Assembly: GCA_014382695.1 (NCBI GenBank) | Contig: JACNJF010000106.1 | Span: 15,520-79,519, forward strand | DNA from: Gammaproteobacteria bacterium | Lineage (GTDB): Bacteria > Pseudomonadota > Gammaproteobacteria > GCA-001735895 | Length of the DNA: 64,000 bases | Direction: 5' to 3' | Position numbers and translations under genes: made by a program | The notes under the pieces: model-generated | The model's input: the letters and a program-made list of their open reading frames with translations, nothing else | Databases searched by the model: none | What the model was told of the DNA's origin: nothing | Part shown: piece by piece, positions 59,428 to 64,000 of the stretch | Numbering within the stretch: the first letter of the stretch is position 1 | How the letters are laid out: every line of letters starts with the position of its first letter

Positions 59428-60705
59428 ATGGCCAATGAAGTTTGTTTTGCAACCTTACAATACGATCAGCCATGGTCACTGGAGAGTTACATCAAATCCG
59501 GTGGTTATCAGGCGATCCGTAAGATACTGGACGGAAAAATACCTCAGGAAGACGTGATCGAAGAGGTTAAGGCTTCCGGTCTGAGAGGTCGTGGTGGTGC
59601 TGGTTTTCCGACCGGCCTGAAGTGGAGCTTCATGCCGCGCAAGGCGCCCGGCCAGAAATACATCGTGTGTAACTCGGATGAGTCCGAACCTGGCACCTGT
59701 AAGGATCGCGATATCCTGCGTTTCAACCCGCATGCGCTGGTGGAAGGGATGATCATCGCCGGTTACTGTATCGGTGCCACGGTCGGTTATAACTACCTGC
59801 GCGGCGAGTTTATGGACGAGCCTTATCTGCGCTTTGAACAGGCGGTAAAAGAAGCCTACGAACAGGGCTTTCTGGGCAAGAATATCCTGGGCAGCGGGGT
59901 CGATTTCGATCTGTATGCGACCCTCGGTGCCGGTGCCTATATCTGTGGTGAAGAAACCGCCCTGCTGGAATCTCTCGAAGGCAAGAAAGGGCAGCCGCGT
60001 TTCAAGCCGCCATTTCCGGCCAACTTCGGTCTGTATGGCCGTCCGACCACCATCAATAACACCGAGTCGCTGGCTTCGGTTCCTGCCATCATCCGCAACG
60101 GCGGAAAGTGGTTTGCCGATCTGGGTATTCCGAATAATGGCGGGGTCAAGCTGTTCTCGATGTCGGGTCATCTGAATGCACCGGGCAACTTTGAAATCAA
60201 TATGGGTACCCCGTTCAAGGACCTGCTGGCTCTGGCCGGTGGGGTTAAAGACGGGCGTAAGCTGAAGGCGGTTATTCCGGGCGGATCATCGGTGCCGGTG
60301 TTACCGGGCGACGTGATGATGAATTGCAACATGGATTATGATTCGATTGCCAAAGCCGGTTCGATGCTGGGTTCCGGTGCCGTCATCGTGATGGATGAAA
60401 GCACCGATATGGTGGTCGCACTACGACGCATTTCACGCTTTTACTTTTCCGAGTCCTGTGGTCAGTGTACCCCCTGTCGTGAAGGCACCGGCTGGATGTA
60501 CCGCGTACTGACCCGAATCGTGGAAGGCAAAGGCCGTGCGGAAGACATCACCATGCTGGAAGATGTCTCGCATAAGATAGAAGGCAGAACGATCTGTGCT
60601 CTGGGTGAAGCCGCGGCGATGCCGGTGTGGAGCTTTATCAAGCATTTCCGTCCTGAATTTGAATACTATGTCGAACATAAACGTTCGATGATTAGCGCCA
60701 GTTGA
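59428..60705 (+). CDS. nuoF: NADH-quinone oxidoreductase subunit F (51 kDa; NADH/FMN site)
   Basis: 425 aa with the FMN/NADH-binding motif [15 protein letters not shown] and the 4Fe-4S motif [12 protein letters not shown]. Confidence 0.9.
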   Translation: MANEVCFATLQYDQPWSLESYIKSGGYQAIRKILDGKIPQEDVIEEVKASGLRGRGGAGFPTGLKWSFMPRKAPGQKYIVCNSDESEPGTCKDRDILRFNPHALVEGMIIAGYCIGATVGYNYLRGEFMDEPYLRFEQAVKEAYEQGFLGKNILGSGVDFDLYATLGAGAYICGEETALLESLEGKKGQPRFKPPFPANFGLYGRPTTINNTESLASVPAIIRNGGKWFADLGIPNNGGVKLFSMSGHLNAPGNFEINMGTPFKDLLALAGGVKDGRKLKAVIPGGSSVPVLPGDVMMNCNMDYDSIAKAGSMLGSGAVIVMDESTDMVVALRRISRFYFSESCGQCTPCREGTGWMYRVLTRIVEGKGRAEDITMLEDVSHKIEGRTICALGEAAAMPVWSFIKHFRPEFEYYVEHKRSMISAS

Positions 60706-60745
60706 CTGGCTGACAGCCACTGCGCATAAAAGGTAAAAGGCAACC

Positions 60746-63130
60746 ATGAGCGATACCATTACACTCACTATCAATGGTCAGGAGATCCAGGCGAAACCGG
60801 GTCAAATGCTGATTGATGTGGCGGATGAAAACAATATCAGCATCCCGCGTTTCTGTTACCACAAAAAACTGTCGGTCGCAGCAAACTGCCGTATGTGTCT
60901 GGTGGAAGTGGAAAAAGCACTCAAGCCGATGCCGGCCTGTGCTACCCCGGTGAATGCTGGCATGGTGATCAGAACCCGCTCTACCAAAGCGCTTTCTGCA
61001 CAGAAATCCACCATGGAATTTCTGCTCATCAATCATCCGCTCGATTGCCCGATCTGCGATCAGGGCGGTGAATGTGAGTTACAGGATGTGGCGATGGGTT
61101 TTGGCGGTGATATATCGCAATACACCGAACAGAAACGAGTGGTCTGCGACAAGAATATCGGTCCGCTGATCGCTACCGATCTGACCCGTTGTATCCTGTG
61201 TACCCGTTGTGTGCGATTCGGCGAAGAGATTGCCGGATTACCCGAACTGGGAGCCACCGGTCGTGGAGAATATACCCAGATCGGCACTTATATTGAGAAA
61301 GCGGTCAGTTCTGAACTTTCCGGCAACGTGATCGATCTGTGCCCGGTTGGCGCGCTGACGGCTAAACCGTCCCGTTACACTTCACGTCCGTGGGAATTGA
61401 TTCAACATGCGACGGTCGCGGCTCATGACTGCGTCGGATCCAATCTGTATGTGCATACCCGCAATCAGCAGGTGATGCGCGTGGTGCCACGTGATAACGA
61501 GCAGATTAACGAAGCCTGGATTGCAGATCGTGAGCGCTTCAGTTATAGCTCTCTGGAGCATGCTTCACGTCAGCTCAAACCGATGCTGCGTGAAAAAGGC
61601 AAGCTGAAGGAAATTGACTGGGAAACGGCGATCAATCTGGCACTGGAAAAGTTACAGGCTGCGGCGAATCAGAAAGGCGATCTGGCGGCACTGATCAGTC
61701 CTCAGTGTACCCTGGAAGAGCATTACCTGTTGCAGAAGCTGGTACGTGGACTGGGTTCCAATAATATCGATCATCGACTCAGACAGATCGACTTCTCGGT
61801 GCAGGATTATACCCCGGTGATGCCGTGGCTTGGTCGCTCCATCGAATCGCTGGATACACTCAACAGTGCTTTACTGATTGGCGGGAATCTACGTCTTGAA
61901 CAACCTATACTGAATCACCGTCTGCGTAAGGCCGTGGTGCATAATGGCGCGACGATCTCTTCAATTTCAACCCTCACGGGTCAGTATAACTATGATCTGA
62001 CTGAGGATCTGGCCGGCAGCGCCGAGCAGATGCTGCATGAACTGGCAAGTGTGCTGGTGGCACTGGCAACGGCCAGCAAAACCGAACCGGGTAAAGACCT
62101 GAGTGAGTTGCTGGATAAGGTCAAAGCCAAAAAAGAACATAATGCGATTGCTAAATCGCTGCTTAAGGGCGAGCAATCCGCCGTCATCGTCGGGGTACAG
62201 GCGGTTTCACATCCACAATACGGTTTACTGATGCAACTGGCAGAAACGATTGCCGGTATGAGTCAGTCCAGCCTGGGTTATCTGTCAGAATCGGCTAATA
62301 GTGCCGGTGCCTGTCTGGCCGGTGCCTTGCCGCATCGTACCGCCACTGGTTCTACCTCGGAGCGTGCAGGGCAGAATAGTTCTGAAATCCTGACCGCAAA
62401 GCATCGTGTGTTAGTCACCATGGGAGTCGATCCAGAGCTCGATATCAGCAATGAAACCTCTCTGCAGCAACTGGCCGATAATAACGACTTTATTATTGCA
62501 ATCAGCAGTTTCGGTAATGCATTTAATGCCGCGCATGCGGATCTAATTCTACCACTGGCGACCTATCTGGAAAGCTCAGGTACCTTCGTAAACGTTGAAG
62601 GTTTCTGGCAGTCTTTTAAGGGCTGTGCAAAGGCCGCGGGCGAAAGTCGTCAGGGCTGGAAGATATTAACCACGCTGGCGCAACTGCTGTTACCGGGCGA
62701 TGCCATCGACTATGCAGATTCAACGGCTGTACGTAACGAATTGAAAGAGCAATGCCGAAATCTGACACTGGATAACTTTGTTTCGATCCAGTCCGGACAG
62801 AATAAGCTACCAACACGACCGAGAGCCCTTCAGAAGATTTCGTCAACTGCGATCTATGCGGTGGATGCGATGGTCAGAAACTCTGCCGCATTACAGGCAA
62901 CGGTAAATATGCGCGATGCAGGCTGTTTGCGCATGAGTTCAGAGCAGGCCGAAAAACTCTCGTTAAGCACTGGCAGTAAGGTGCATGTAAAACAGGGTGA
63001 GGGTACCGCAATACTACCATTGTTGATTGATGATAATGTGCCTGCCGGTTGTGTGTGGATGCCGACCGGGCTTGAGTCGGTTAAAAACCTGTCGACTCTG
63101 TTTGGCAGCGTTGACGTGGAGAAGGTGTGA
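60746..63130 (+). CDS. nuoG: NADH-quinone oxidoreductase subunit G (75 kDa)
   Basis: 794 aa with an N-terminal 2Fe-2S ferredoxin fold (C..K......C..C), 4Fe-4S motifs ([14 protein letters not shown]; C.LCTRCVRF) and a molybdopterin-oxidoreductase-like C-terminal domain. Confidence 0.9.
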   Translation: MSDTITLTINGQEIQAKPGQMLIDVADENNISIPRFCYHKKLSVAANCRMCLVEVEKALKPMPACATPVNAGMVIRTRSTKALSAQKSTMEFLLINHPLDCPICDQGGECELQDVAMGFGGDISQYTEQKRVVCDKNIGPLIATDLTRCILCTRCVRFGEEIAGLPELGATGRGEYTQIGTYIEKAVSSELSGNVIDLCPVGALTAKPSRYTSRPWELIQHATVAAHDCVGSNLYVHTRNQQVMRVVPRDNEQINEAWIADRERFSYSSLEHASRQLKPMLREKGKLKEIDWETAINLALEKLQAAANQKGDLAALISPQCTLEEHYLLQKLVRGLGSNNIDHRLRQIDFSVQDYTPVMPWLGRSIESLDTLNSALLIGGNLRLEQPILNHRLRKAVVHNGATISSISTLTGQYNYDLTEDLAGSAEQMLHELASVLVALATASKTEPGKDLSELLDKVKAKKEHNAIAKSLLKGEQSAVIVGVQAVSHPQYGLLMQLAETIAGMSQSSLGYLSESANSAGACLAGALPHRTATGSTSERAGQNSSEILTAKHRVLVTMGVDPELDISNETSLQQLADNNDFIIAISSFGNAFNAAHADLILPLATYLESSGTFVNVEGFWQSFKGCAKAAGESRQGWKILTTLAQLLLPGDAIDYADSTAVRNELKEQCRNLTLDNFVSIQSGQNKLPTRPRALQKISSTAIYAVDAMVRNSAALQATVNMRDAGCLRMSSEQAEKLSLSTGSKVHVKQGEGTAILPLLIDDNVPAGCVWMPTGLESVKNLSTLFGSVDVEKV

Positions 63131-64000
63131 TGAAGGACATTATCGCTACGTTTGTTTCCTATCTGCCTGAGTGGATGCAGTATTTCTGGCCGGAATGGTT
63201 TCAGTACCTGATTTCGAATGTTGTGCTGGCGTTAATCATTCTGCTGCCGTTATTTATCGTAGTGGCTTATTACACCTTTGCCGAACGCAAGGTGATCGGC
63301 TATATGCAGATCCGGGTTGGTCCCAATCGGGTCGGCCCGAAAGGCCTGTTTCAGCCTTTCGCGGATATGTTCAAGCTGATGTTCAAGGAAATCATTATTC
63401 CGACCAACGCGAACCGCTACCTGTTTCTGATTGCACCGGTACTCGCGTTTGCACCAGCGATGGCGGCGTGGGCGGTGATTCCATTCAACGATACACTGGT
63501 ATTCAGTGATATTAATGCTGGCCTGCTGTATATCCTGGCGATGACCTCGCTGGGTGTTTACGGCGTGATCATTGCCGGCTGGGCTTCCAATTCAAAATAT
63601 GCACTGCTTGGAGCGATGCGTTCCGCAGCACAGATTGTGGCTTACGAAATCGCCATGGGTTTTGCGCTGGTGGGCGTGCTGATGGCCGGTGGCAGTCTGA
63701 ATCTGGGTGATATCGTCAACAGTCAGGCAGGTTCGGTGTATAACTGGTTCTTTATCCCGCTGTTTCCTCTGTTCATGGTGTACTTTATTGCGGGTGTTGC
63801 GGAAACTAACCGTGCACCGTTCGATGTGGCCGAGGGCGAATCAGAGATCGTAGCCGGCTTCCATGTTGAATATTCCGGTATGACGTTTGCGGTATTCTTC
63901 CTCGGTGAATACGCCAACATGATCCTGATCTCGTTGCTGACTTCATTGTTGTTCCTGGGCGGCTGGTTATCGCCTTTTCCATCGTTGATGGGCGATAGTA
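63130..64000 (+). CDS. nuoH: NADH-quinone oxidoreductase subunit H (3' end runs off the window)
   Basis: Not in the ORF track because it is open-ended. ATG at 63130 overlaps the nuoG TGA (TGATG). Its translation [15 protein letters not shown]...AERKV.GYMQ.R.GPNRVGP.GL.QP.AD..KL.FKE matches the NuoH/ND1 family. Confidence 0.85.
   Translation, partial: MKDIIATFVSYLPEWMQYFWPEWFQYLISNVVLALIILLPLFIVVAYYTFAERKVIGYMQIRVGPNRVGPKGLFQPFADMFKLMFKEIIIPTNANRYLFLIAPVLAFAPAMAAWAVIPFNDTLVFSDINAGLLYILAMTSLGVYGVIIAGWASNSKYALLGAMRSAAQIVAYEIAMGFALVGVLMAGGSLNLGDIVNSQAGSVYNWFFIPLFPLFMVYFIAGVAETNRAPFDVAEGESEIVAGFHVEYSGMTFAVFFLGEYANMILISLLTSLLFLGGWLSPFPSLMGDS

Overview
This 64 kb window reads as core chromosome of a non-enteric gammaproteobacterium (about 50% GC), densely packed with conserved, mostly syntenic housekeeping blocks. 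In order: an HDOD signalling protein convergent with a repeat-rich lipoprotein and mgtE; the rpoN locus in the order (minus strand) yrbG-kdsD-kdsC-lptC-lptA-lptB-rpoN-hpf-ptsN-hprK-rapZ-EIIA(Man)-NPr, here with fabA upstream of yrbG; an mlaFED-[TolC-like]-mlaCB operon; murA-hisG-hisD; a degS-like protease and nif3; petABC-sspA-sspB; lpoA-yraN divergent from rsmI; rnpB (RNase P RNA); the complete dcw cell-wall/division cluster mraZ to ftsZ with murB between murC and ddl; and the start of the nuo operon, nuoA to nuoH with nuoH cut by the window end. Lineage markers are separate nuoC and nuoD genes, a short-form HisG, and an HprK-containing PTS-Ntr module. Three things are not explained by the core backbone. 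First, a 4.5 kb signalling cassette inserted exactly between rsmI and rnpB: a membrane sensor split by a single in-frame TGA, a HisKA_3 kinase, a LuxR-type regulator and a lipoprotein of unknown function, bracketed by CCCCT-N6-AGGGG hairpins. Second, a TolC-family outer-membrane gene translationally embedded inside the mla operon. Third, an array of 53-55 bp GC-rich tandem repeats with alternative hairpins that swells the normally tight sspA-sspB junction to about 360 bp. No tRNA, rRNA, CRISPR, IS elements or integrases were recognised. The ORF track misses two edge-truncated genes: a minus-strand membrane protein at positions 1-428 and nuoH from 63130.
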